Positions 8,885 to 18,291 of a DNA stretch of 64,000 nucleotides are shown here, piece by piece. The first letter of the stretch is position 1; every line of letters begins with the position of its first letter. Both the position numbers and the translations under genes were made by a program. The notes below the pieces were generated by a model, which saw only the letters and a list, made by a program, of their open reading frames with translations, was not told the origin of the DNA and searched no databases. The stretch comes from Spirochaetia bacterium (GTDB taxonomy: Bacteria > Spirochaetota > Spirochaetia > SZUA-6 > Bin103), in NCBI GenBank assembly GCA_965198005.1, contig CBDAOI010000001.1, positions 246,332 to 310,331 on the forward strand, given 5' to 3'.

Positions 8885-10587
8885 TCATGAACCGCCGGCC
8901 GGCGGCGGTTCCCACAACAGGTCGAGCGCCGCCGCCAGGTCGAGCGACTCCCCGTACCACTCCGGCGTCGCCGTATGCGGGCCGATCGTGATCCCCGCCT
9001 GCCGCAGCCGCGCCTCGGTCGGCTCCAGCGGCGCCCCCTCCCAGCGAGGTGCCACCGGCACCGCCGGCAGCGGCGTACCATCCGGCCGCCGGAACACAAG
9101 CTGCCCATCCGCGCCAGAGACCACCTGAAACCCCTCCTCGTGCACCGCCCGGTGGTGGTAGCGACACAGATAAGGTTCGGGAGCCGCGTCGCCCCGCCGT
9201 CCGCCCAGTGCACGACGTGATGCGCGTCGCAGTGGCGGAGCTGACAGCCGGGGAACTGACACTGATGGTGGTCTCTGACCTCCAGCGCGCGGCGCAACGG
9301 GGTCGGCACCGTGCGCGTTCTGCGCCCGACCTCCAGGACTGCGCCGTCGGGAGCGTGGGTCACCAGCACGCGGCCGGCGTCGCAGGCGATGCGGCGGGCT
9401 GCGGTCGCAGCGAGGTGAATGCCATTCGCCTGTTCGATGACCGCCGCGCCGGCGGCGGGGTGACGAGCCTCGGGGTGCTCAGGGGCGTCCGCGACGGGAG
9501 CGGTGACCGGCGGTGCGACCGGCTGGGCGGCAGTCTCACCGGCGGCGCACGGTGCTGCCGGCATCGCCGGTGGCGCAGTCCGGCCGGTGCCCCGCGTTTC
9601 CGCTGAAACTGCGCCGGCGTCAGCGGCTGCGCAGCCGGCTGCCGCCGCAGTCGCGGCGCTCGCTGCTGCAGCAGTGGCATTGGCGCGGGATGGTCGGCCG
9701 GCTGGCCCGCGGGTTCGGCCGCCTGGGGCGCTCGCTGCCGCGGCCGGAGCACCGGCGCACGTTTCCGCGGAAATCTCCGGCGCGTCGGAGGCAGTCTCGC
9801 GAGCAGTCTCGGGGGCAGTCTCACGGGCAGTCTCACCGGCGGCCAACGCCGCCGCGTCCACGTGCACCGTCACCTGGTAGCGGTCACCGGCCGCGCCCGG
9901 GTCCAGCTTGCCCGCCAGCGCGCTCTCCGCCACCACCCCCAGCGCATCCGCGCGCCGTTGCGAGGCAGTGCACTCCGTGCCGTCCGCCGCCGCCGCCGGC
10001 ACCTGCTCCAGCGCCGCCTCCAGCGCCCGCAGCACCACCGCCCCCACCTCCGGCAGCAACCGCCCGCGCAGCACCACCGTCCCGTCTTCGTCCACCCGCA
10101 GGCTCAACCCGCGCCGCGCCAGGCGCACCTGCGCGCCATCGTCGCCGGCCGCCGCCTCCTCCCGGTCCACCCGCCGCCAGCCGCGCACCAGCCGCTCCAC
10201 CTGCTCCGCGGTCGCGCCGCACGCCACCGCCAGCAGCCGCGCCTCGGTGCGCGGGGTCGCCACCCGACTAAGCGCCCGTACCTTCGAATAGGACAGCACG
10301 CCGCAGGCCATGGCGGCGGCGACGCGCAGCTTCTCGCGCGCGGCGCCGAGGTCGAGGCCGGTGCGCCAGTTGAGCCAGTGGGCGCAGGAGCGGAAGCCTT
10401 CCCAGCCGTGGCGGCGGTCGAATACGCGTAGGTCACAGAGCAGGTCGTAGGTGGCGGCCTGGATGCGGGCGGAGAGTTCGGCGATGCGGTCGCCGAGCTG
10501 ATCCAGGTCGAGCGGGGCGGCCGGCGCCGGGGCCGGCGCCGGTGGCGGCGCGGTGCGGGATGCTGATTGTTCCATGGCGGTTTCCAT
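8885..10587 (-). mobile_element. DUF222 + HNH endonuclease gene, frameshifted near 9165
   Basis: GFRSCAHWLNWRTG, SYSKVRAL, RRADAL, CQFPGC, DAHHVVHWADGG; LCRYHHRAVHEEG continues in another frame. Confidence 0.85.
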
Positions 10588-10619
10588 GGCTGATTTTTTC
10601 GATTTTTTTTTTGGAGAGA

Positions 10620-10908
10620 GCCCCGCGCCCGCCTCCCGGGCCAGCTCCACGTGGTGCGACCACTCGAACTCGCAGTCGAACTCGCGCGCCGCGGCGAGGA
10701 TAGCCAGCTCCTTGACCGCCGGCGGCAGCGTCGACTCGAACCTGAGGTAGCTCCCGAGGTGGGCCGCTCGACCCGCCACCTCCGGGCTGTGCAGCAGCAC
10801 CGCGAACGGTCCGGCGATCCGCCCGCGGCTGCCGGCTATCGCATCGAAGTGGTACGCGCCGGCCTCCGGCACCTCACCGCGCTGCTGAATCAGAGGAACG
10901 CGCGCCAT
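10620..10908 (-). pseudogene. Carboxymuconolactone decarboxylase/AhpD-like protein, N-terminal half
   Basis: GPFAVLLHSPE, KELAILAAARE, FEWSHH; breaks off after about 95 aa. Confidence 0.8.
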
Positions 10909-11354
10909 GTCGTGGAATTCCGCCTTCGTACGGTTGCTGCCGAGCCACGCGGCGCTTCATACAGAAAACACCTGCCTGATCGTCGTGTGAAACGGAGCGT
11001 CGTTGCCGCGAGGTAAGGATGCCGGACGGGCGTCAAGCGCTATTGCTCAGCGCCACAATGTCCTGCCACAGGTCGTCCCACTCGTCGGGGGGCAGGAATG
11101 GTCGCGCTGGAACAGCGGGACTCCGTAGGTCAGCCCATTTGCGATCACCACGTGCGGCCCTGGCGCGTCTCCGAGGTCGACAGCGCAACCCTTCTTGCTC
11201 ATGGACGCCGTCGTACAGCGGGGATCGACGCGTGCTGCGATCGGCGTCAGCACCGAGGTCACCCGCTCTGATCTGCCTTCGCCGCTTCAATCCGATTGGA
11301 AATCCCGACCCACTCGTTGTACAGCGACTCGGTGACCTCGCCGAACCCGTTAGG

Positions 11355-13427
11355 TTAGGATCGGGGGGCAGCGCGCACCTGCAGCTCGACCGTTACGGGG
11401 CGGGTCAGGTCGGCGCGGAGCTGCACCGCATGCGCCGCGCCGGCCGCGCCGGCCGGCCAGCGCTGGCACAGGTAGTCGGCGCCGTGAAGTAGCGGCTGAC
11501 CATCGAGCGCGCACGCAAGCACCGCGCCGCCGGCAGCCGCGGCGCCGGCTGAGGCGCTCGCAATGAACACCGGCCGGCGGCGGCAGATCGCGCCCGGGTC
11601 GAACCGGAAGCGGGCCGCGCCCGCGTCCAGCGTCACCCGGTAGGCTCCGAGGGCGCGGTCGAACGCGCCCTCGACGGTGAGGGCGGCCGCCGGCTGCTCC
11701 TGTGCGGGATCGTTGCCGGGCAGCGCGCCGCGCTCCACCGTGAGCGACGCCGGCTGCTCGAACTCGTCGCGCAGGGCGAGGGCGGCGGCCTCGGCGGCGC
11801 CGGTGTCCGCCGTTGGCAGCCAGCTCACCGCGATCCAGTGGCCGTACTCGGTGCCGGGCACGGTGGGGGTCACGCGCATCCCGTGGCTGGCGGTCAGGCC
11901 GTGCGGGCACTGCCAGCCCAGCGCCCGTCCCGGCACCAGCCCGCCGGCGTGCTGCAGGCCGCCCACCACCGCGATCAGGTGCCACGCGGTTCCCGCCACC
12001 GCCAGCGGGAACACCAGCGTGAACGGGTAGTAGTGGCGGCCATCCGCCGCGGCCAGCTCCGCCACCCGGCCGGAACCGTCCAGCTCCCAGGCCGCGAAGG
12101 TGCGCCCGGAGCCGAGCGCCACCCGCGCCGGAGCGGTGAGCGCCCGGCCGAGCAGGTCGAAGTCCGGGCCCACGCTACGCCGCACGCGCACCGCCACCCA
12201 GTCGCTGATCACGATGCGCTCGGCGAAGAACGCGGCGGTGCCGCGCGCGTAGCCGCGCACGTCGTCGTCCTGCTCCACGAAGCGGGGCAACGGGCCGTGC
12301 CAGCGCACCAAGTCGGCCACCTCGCCGCAGGCCAGCAGGTCGAGCGCCGCGCCCTGGGTGAACTTGATCTCGGAGCCGCCGACGTGCCCCACCTGGATGC
12401 CGCTCTCCCACATCACGTTAGTGCGCGGATCGAACGCCGCCGGCCGCGCTCCCGGCGCCGGCGATAGGTGGAGCCGGTGCACGTTGCCGGGACGCACCAC
12501 CGCCGCGTAGTCGCCGCGCCGGATCAGGTGCCGCGCCACCCACTGGCTGGACACCAGGGCGAAGCTTCGCCAGGCCGCCGGCACTGCGCGTGGCGGTGCT
12601 GGTGCCGGTGCGGGCTCGGAAGCCGGCTCGGAGCCACCGGCCTCGGCAAACAGGCCGACTACCTCGACGCCCCCCATGTAGGCGTCGTGCGCGTCGAGCA
12701 ACGGTAGGCCGTCGAGCGCGACCTGGTGCCGGGTGCCGTTGAAGTGCCAGCGTACCTCGCCGGTGCCGTCGGGCGCGCAGGCGGCCCGCGCCGAGGCCAG
12801 CACCCGCCCCCGATACTCGGGATCCGCCCCCGCCGCGACGCGCTCCAGCGCCGCCGCCAGCTCGTTCCCGGCGCGCCTGAGGACCAAGCGCAGGTGGTTG
12901 CTGCCGTTGAAATGGCGCGCGATCAGCCCCCAGGCCGCGGCCGAGCCGGCGCCCGCCGCCCGGAACCGCGCCGTGATCTCCCCGTGCATCGCCCCGTCGA
13001 CGAACAGGTACGCGCTGCCGCCACCACCGCCGGCGCCGGCGGCGATCGCCCCGTCGCGCCCGCGCCAGCTCCCGTCGGTGTGCCACGCCACCTCCGCCGG
13101 CAGCCACTTACCCGGCGGCGCCGCAAAGCGCGCCTCGATCCGGGTCACCGCGGTCACCTCCACCGCACCGTCCACCCCGGCGGCGGCAAACCGCCCCGGC
13201 GGCAGGACACTCCACCCGCTTGCGGCACCGACGAACCGCCCGCCGCGCACGTCGACGCTCACCGCCCGGCAACCGGCGGCCAGCGGATGGCTGCGCCACA
13301 CCGGCCGGCCGCGGCCGTCGGTCACCGTCACCACCTGCCCCGCCGCCGCCGGCTCCCGCAGGCCCAGCACCGGGTTGCCATGCGCCGTCAGCGCCACGGC
13401 CGGCGATGTCGAGGGTACGCGTTCCAT
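11355..13427 (-). CDS. Large hypothetical protein (~690 aa)
   Basis: Long ORF with protein-like composition and core-like codon bias; no family recognised. Confidence 0.7.
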   Translation of the reverse strand: MERVPSTSPAVALTAHGNPVLGLREPAAAGQVVTVTDGRGRPVWRSHPLAAGCRAVSVDVRGGRFVGAASGWSVLPPGRFAAAGVDGAVEVTAVTRIEARFAAPPGKWLPAEVAWHTDGSWRGRDGAIAAGAGGGGGSAYLFVDGAMHGEITARFRAAGAGSAAAWGLIARHFNGSNHLRLVLRRAGNELAAALERVAAGADPEYRGRVLASARAACAPDGTGEVRWHFNGTRHQVALDGLPLLDAHDAYMGGVEVVGLFAEAGGSEPASEPAPAPAPPRAVPAAWRSFALVSSQWVARHLIRRGDYAAVVRPGNVHRLHLSPAPGARPAAFDPRTNVMWESGIQVGHVGGSEIKFTQGAALDLLACGEVADLVRWHGPLPRFVEQDDDVRGYARGTAAFFAERIVISDWVAVRVRRSVGPDFDLLGRALTAPARVALGSGRTFAAWELDGSGRVAELAAADGRHYYPFTLVFPLAVAGTAWHLIAVVGGLQHAGGLVPGRALGWQCPHGLTASHGMRVTPTVPGTEYGHWIAVSWLPTADTGAAEAAALALRDEFEQPASLTVERGALPGNDPAQEQPAAALTVEGAFDRALGAYRVTLDAGAARFRFDPGAICRRRPVFIASASAGAAAAGGAVLACALDGQPLLHGADYLCQRWPAGAAGAAHAVQLRADLTRPVTVELQVRAAPRS

Positions 13428-13508
13428 GACCTGTCGGGCAGTGTAGCGAACTTGAGCGCGAGCGCGCCAACCGGCGCCACGCGCCGGCACTCGCCGGCAG
13501 GGAAAGCG

Positions 13509-13581
13509 TGGGCGGTGACGGACTCGAACCGCCGGCCACCTGGGTGTAAACCAGGTGCTCTACCAACTGAGCTAACCGCCC
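13509..13581 (-). tRNA. tRNA-Val (TAC); CCA not encoded
   Basis: Acceptor stem GGGCGGT/ACCGCCC, D-arm TAGCTCAGTTGGTAGAGC, anticodon arm CCTGG-TTTACAC-CCAGG, T-loop GTTCGAGTC. Confidence 0.97.
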
Positions 13582-13673
13582 CCGGGCGCGCGGCACCGCG
13601 GCGCCACACTCCCCAGGCACGCTACCGGGTCACGCGCTGCGCTGTCAAACCGGCAAACCGACCTACCGACCTG

Positions 13674-14282
13674 TCAGGCCAGCAATCCGAACACCGTCGT
13701 CAACGACGTAATCACCACGAACCCCACGCCGATCATCCAAGTCAACAGGTTGAACCGGTTCTCGACGGACTCGAAGCGCCGATCCATGGCGCCGATCAGG
13801 TCCTCGAAACGCGTATCGAAGCGCTTGTCCATGGCCCCGGTCAGGTCCTCGAAGCGCGTATTCATGGCCCCGATCAGGTCCTCGAAGCGCTTGTCCATGG
13901 CCCCGGTCAGGTCCTCGAAGCGCGTATTCATGGCCCCGATCAGGTCCTCGAAGCGCTTGTCCACCGCTTCGAAGCGTTTGTCCATCGCTTCGAACCGTTT
14001 GTCCACCGCTTCGAACCGGCGCTCCATGTGGTCGGCGAACTCTTCGAACCGTTTGTCCGCCGCCTCAAAGCGACGCTCCATGAATCCGAATCGCTCGTCC
14101 ATCAAGACCCGCTGGGCCTTGAGCTCCTCCTCGACCCGGACCATGCGTTCCAGGAGCTGACTGCCCACGCCGCCGAGTTCCGCGCGCGGAATCACCCGAT
14201 CCACCACCTCGCGCAGCCACGGTTTGACGTACTCTCCTATGCGTCCGACATCTTCATCCTTCAAGACGACAGGGTCTCCCAT
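13674..14282 (-). CDS. Coiled-coil repeat protein with C-terminal membrane anchor (Bdr/DUF1640-like)
   Basis: GGAGG RBS; 7-aa (RFEAVDK) and 11-aa (RFEDLIGAMNT) repeats; hydrophobic tail WMIGVGFVVITSLTTVFGLLA. Confidence 0.85.
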   Translation of the reverse strand: MGDPVVLKDEDVGRIGEYVKPWLREVVDRVIPRAELGGVGSQLLERMVRVEEELKAQRVLMDERFGFMERRFEAADKRFEEFADHMERRFEAVDKRFEAMDKRFEAVDKRFEDLIGAMNTRFEDLTGAMDKRFEDLIGAMNTRFEDLTGAMDKRFDTRFEDLIGAMDRRFESVENRFNLLTWMIGVGFVVITSLTTVFGLLA

Positions 14283-14948
14283 GCGGCACCTCCAACTATA
14301 CCCCATTTACGGGTGGAAGCGGGCGAACGCTTCACGATGAACGATGAACAGCGGTAAGCGCGAATTTACCAGTTTTGTGAGTTTACCAAGTTTACCAGTA
14401 GTACCAGTCGGGCCTGCCGCCTGTGTGTACGATGGGCGTATGAGATGGAAAATTCGGCCCCGCATGCGCACGTCGGCGGCACCGGTGCGTCCTGCCCTCG
14501 TCGTACCCCCCCCAACTTTTCAGATAGCCGACAACCGCTGACCGCCCGGGCCGCGCGCCCTCATCCTTCGCTCACGGTCGACGACCGTCCCGGACCCCCG
14601 TCCGGGGGCAGCTCGTTCCGAAACACACCCTCCGCCGGCGTCGCCGGCCCAGCACACTCCCTGCTCGCCGCCCCCCATCCCATGGGGTCACACCCCGATG
14701 GTGTCACCCCGCCCATGGTGTCACCCCGGGCTGCCGGTGCTTGCAGTCGTACAAGGAGGAGCCCGCACCCGGATGCAGACCCTGACCGTATACGACTAAC
14801 GCGGATCCAGCCCGGGCGGCCCCCCGCCGACCCGGCGCCCACGCCTGTCGCCCTTCGCTTTCGGTCGTCTGCAATGCAGCCATACCTCGGGAGTAGGCGA
14901 AGGACCGGCAGTGACCCCAGTACTCCCAAACGATAGGAGATCTACACT

Positions 14949-15308
14949 ATGAGTAGCGGAATGACCAAGACCTGCCTCGCGGTGCTGCTTGGGGTCGTCC
15001 TGACCGCAACCGGCCGGTGGGCCAGCCCGGCCAGCGAAGAGGAATCGGCCGCGGCGATGGAGAAGGAGATGGTGCTGGACCCGGCCACCGGCGAGATGGT
15101 AACCGTGCCGGGGTATGGCGGGACGTTCACCTAGGCCACGAAGCTCGAGCCACCGCATGGCGATCCCCATTCGTCCCACGTGGCAGGACTGGCCATCGCC
15201 GGCGCTGCAGAAAAGCTGGCCATCCCCAATTGGGCGATAGATAGGGACGTTTATTCCTTCGCCCGTGCCTGGATTGATCAAGAGCTTAAGAAAGAGATGG
15301 GCTTTTAG
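14949..15308 (+). pseudogene. Family 5 SBP remnant with the N-terminus joined to the extreme C-terminus
   Basis: Signal peptide, DPATG..YGGTF, in-frame TAG at 15132, EKLAIPNWAIDR, then directly FARAWIDQELKKEMGF*. Confidence 0.88.
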
Positions 15309-15374
15309 TGTTTGCTTGTTGAACCGCAACGGCAAGTCCGTGAACTGTGGGAGGGCGGCACAAGCCCGTCATCC

Positions 15375-15790
15375 GGGGGCATCTACGCCTCGAGGGTAGT
15401 GCGGGGGGCGGTCATAGGTGTCAAAGAGAATGCGTATTTTGCGGCCGCGGAGATGATTGGCTCCACGAAATGGAAGACACTCATCCGACACGTCCTTCCC
15501 AATATTGCGGCTCCGGTGATCATCATTTTCAGCATCAACATCGGCGGAGTCATCATGTCTGAAGCTTCTCTGAGCTTCCTGGGCTTCGGCCTTCCCCCTC
15601 AGGTTCCCAGCCGGGGAGGGATGCTCAGTCGGGAGGGACGTCAATACATGGAGATGGCGCCGTGGCTGGCTCTGTGGCCGGGTCTTTGTCTGACGCTTAC
15701 CGTGTATGGTCTGAACATCTTCGGCGACGTGGTGCGGGACCTGCTCGACCCAAGGTTGCGCGGCGCAACCCCGCTCAACGGTCGTCGGGG
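15375..15790 (+). pseudogene. dppC-type permease, 3' half
   Basis: SRVVRGAVIGVKEN...EASLSFLGFG...GDVVRDLLDPRLRG; no 5' half. Confidence 0.88.
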
Positions 15791-15809
15791 TCGGCTGGGC
15801 GCACCTGGC

Positions 15810-16303
15810 TCCAGGTGATAGTACTGGCCGTTGTAGGTCACCGGCCCATCGGCAGTGAACAACTTGCGAATCAACGCACAAGCCTCCTCCAGCCGGTCGG
15901 ATCGCTCCCGCATCGAGGGAAACTTCCCCCAACCGTAGGCCACGTGCTCGCGGTCGAACCAGCCGGCACCGAGCGCCAATGTGAAGCGGCCTTGAGAAGC
16001 CTGATCGAGCGTGGCGGCCATCTTCGCCAGCAGGCCCGGATTGCGGTAGGGGTTCCCAAGCACCAAGTGCCCAAGCCGCAAGCGCTGGGTCATACCCGCC
16101 GCCACCGCAACAAGGGTGTAACCCTCGAACGCCGTGCCGCGTTCTCGTTCGATATTCGGGTCCACCGGATCATCCGACGTCGGCGGTAGGAAGTGGTCGG
16201 CGAACCAGAGGCTGTTCCAGCGGCTGGCCTCCATTGTTTCGATCGACGTGCGGATATTGGCCCACGTCACACCGTAGCAGTTGACCTGAACGCCAAACTT
16301 CAT
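15810..16303 (-). pseudogene. LLM-class flavin-dependent oxidoreductase, 3'-truncated
   Basis: SLWFADHF, LRLGHLVLGNPYRNPGLLAKMAATLD, ALGAGW; ends after YNGQYY. Confidence 0.85.
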
Positions 16304-16387
16304 GGAGCGAATTCTACCGCCGCTGCTCGCGGTCGTCAAACTTGACGGGCGGTCGGGCGCGGGCCGCTGGGGTGGTCAGCTGCTCGA

Positions 16388-16808
16388 GTGCGTTGGCTTG
16401 ATTCATCTCGACTCCTCAAGAGCCTCAGAAAGCAGTCAGGGCTCTCCTACCGCCGCCTCGCCGATGCGGTCGGCATCTCGCACAACAACCTCGCCTCTTA
16501 TGAGGCCGACCGTGTCATGCCCTCATTCCAGAACGCCGGTGAAGCTGTGCCAGTTCTTCAACATGCCCCTCGAGTATCTGCTGGTCGGTCAGAAGGCCGA
16601 CTTCCGCTATCACGACCTCAGGCTCGCCGAGCTGTTCCTCCAGGCCGATGCGCTGCCCGCCGAGTACCGCACGATCATCACGGCGTACCTGCGCAGCGTG
16701 ATGAAGCACGCGACCGAGAAGGAGCGCCTTGATCGCTACCGCCGCGGAGCCGGAGCTGCCGTAGGGAGAAGAAACCGAGAGCGGCCATCGCGCACAGAAA
16801 GTACTTGA
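16388..16808 (+). pseudogene. XRE-family HTH regulator with one frameshift near 16536
   Basis: LKSLRKQSGLSYRRLADAVGISHNNLASYE..PS continues as VKLCQFFNMPLEYLL in another frame. Confidence 0.75.
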
Positions 16809-17047
16809 CCGCCGGCAGTGGAGTGCGAAAACGCCTGGCAACCAAGTACCAGGAGGTGCGATGAATGGTGACGTTTCAGATCGCCGGCGAGTCGGCGCTG
16901 CGGTTCAAGGTGGTGGCGCACTGCGGTGCCGGGCCGAGGGGCTATTCGCCTCGATGGTAGTGCCCGAGGGCATCCCGCCCAAGGCAGCGCTGGCGCGGCG
17001 CACCCTGTGGCTGGTCAAACGCAGCTCGCTGCGTTCACCGAAACGGT

Positions 17048-17740
17048 TCAACGCTCGTGGTAGAGTGAATTCTCCCGCACCGCAAGCAGATCCGAGGCGA
17101 TAGCGACGAGATCGGAGAAGAACAGTTCTTCGTCCGGCTGCGTGCGCCAGCGGATCGTATCGAACAGGTGCCTCGGAAAGGAGCGCACCAGATCCGCTAC
17201 AGTGGCCGCGTCGATCCCGACCTCTTTGCTGTTAGCCTCAACCATGATGTCGGACCAGCGGAACGCTTCGTGGGCGCAGATTGCCCAGAGGTCGGCGATG
17301 TCCTTGCTCTCCAACCGGTATATCGCAGTGACCTTGTTCGACAGGATGTTGCGCAGGGAGTCAATACGTGGAAACAAGCTTCCGGACACCACCGCCCCGA
17401 ACCGTGGTGCGCTGTCGTTGACGAAGTCGATTTTGAGCGTCGTTTGCTGTTGCGTGACCAGCACGCGGGCGTACTGATCGTTGCGGACGAACGCATCGGC
17501 ATCGAACCGATAGCCTTGTGCGTGCAACGTGGCGAGCGCTTGGTCCACATGCCCGCTGAATCCGGAATCCTGGTTTACAAACAAGTCGAGATCGTCGGAA
17601 TACCGGAATCCGAAGTAGTATCTATGAAGTGCGGTACCACCGGTCAGATAGAACGGTGCTTCGCAGGCGGCGAGCGTGCTCAGCACTCCATTCTGCAGGG
17701 GGTACAGGATCTCCTCGTAGTAGGCGTCGGATTCGTGCAT
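17048..17740 (-). CDS. AbiEii/AbiGii-family nucleotidyltransferase toxin
   Basis: FYLTGGTAL, RYSDDLDLF, KIDFV, NKVTA..R..KDIADL. Confidence 0.9.
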   Translation of the reverse strand: MHESDAYYEEILYPLQNGVLSTLAACEAPFYLTGGTALHRYYFGFRYSDDLDLFVNQDSGFSGHVDQALATLHAQGYRFDADAFVRNDQYARVLVTQQQTTLKIDFVNDSAPRFGAVVSGSLFPRIDSLRNILSNKVTAIYRLESKDIADLWAICAHEAFRWSDIMVEANSKEVGIDAATVADLVRSFPRHLFDTIRWRTQPDEELFFSDLVAIASDLLAVRENSLYHER

Positions 17741-17996
17741 AGCGCTCTCGCAAGGACGCGGGCCAAAGTCGCGCAATCGTCTCCGCAGTCAACAACGTCC
17801 TGACTTCATCGAATGTCAGCGCTGTTACGATACGCTGCCACGGCAGCGCCTGCAGCATGCGCGCGAACAGAGCCGGTCTGTCGAGGTGGCCGATGGTCTC
17901 GCGGCGTCCGCGCAGTACGTCCGCCACATCTTCGGGACGGTAGCGGTAGTCCCACACGATTGTTCTTGCGATGCGGCTCAGTTCCCGGTCGTCCAC
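17622..17996 (-). CDS. Small partner (putative antitoxin) of the AbiEii gene
   Basis: 124 aa with a WDY motif; directly upstream and overlapping the toxin by 119 bp. Confidence 0.7.
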   Translation of the reverse strand: MDDRELSRIARTIVWDYRYRPEDVADVLRGRRETIGHLDRPALFARMLQALPWQRIVTALTFDEVRTLLTAETIARLWPASLRERYARIRRLLRGDPVPPAEWSAEHARRLRSTVLSDRWYRTS

Positions 17997-18112
17997 CGCA
18001 TCAGTGTATTGCCAATTTGTGGGCTTGTCAAACGGATTTTCCGCCGCAGGCGGCGGCCGGGCGCCAGCCCCATCTCGCTCACCGCCATCGAGGCGCAGGC
18101 AACAGCGACCCG

Positions 18113-18185
18113 AACATGTTCGGGGATGCCGTCCGAGACCTGCTCGACCCCCGGCTCAGGGGCGGCGTCGGCAGCTACGGCGCCG
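18113..18185 (+). pseudogene. dppC-type extreme 3' fragment
   Basis: NMFGDAVRDLLDPRLRGGVGSYGA. Confidence 0.8.
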
Positions 18186-18291
18186 CCCCTGAGGCCGTTC
18201 GCGCGGTAGTAGGGAAGGCGATCTGCATGAAGTGGACCTTGACCAAGATCGCCCGATTGTCGACGCTCATGGGCAGGGACGCCACGCTGGA

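Noticed and set aside
11033-11345. Short ORFs between the CMD remnant and the large hypothetical gene
   Set aside because: Look like a patchwork of gene ends; no family could be assigned
13509-13581. tRNA-Val as the att site of an integrated island
   Set aside because: No duplicated tRNA 3' end and no integrase seen in the window
14365-14410. Short TACCA repeats, and similar CCGGTTCA repeats at 21518-21543
   Set aside because: Too short and irregular to call binding sites
14520-14860. GC-rich non-coding stretch as an ncRNA
   Set aside because: Hairpins are expected by chance at this GC; no recognisable RNA family
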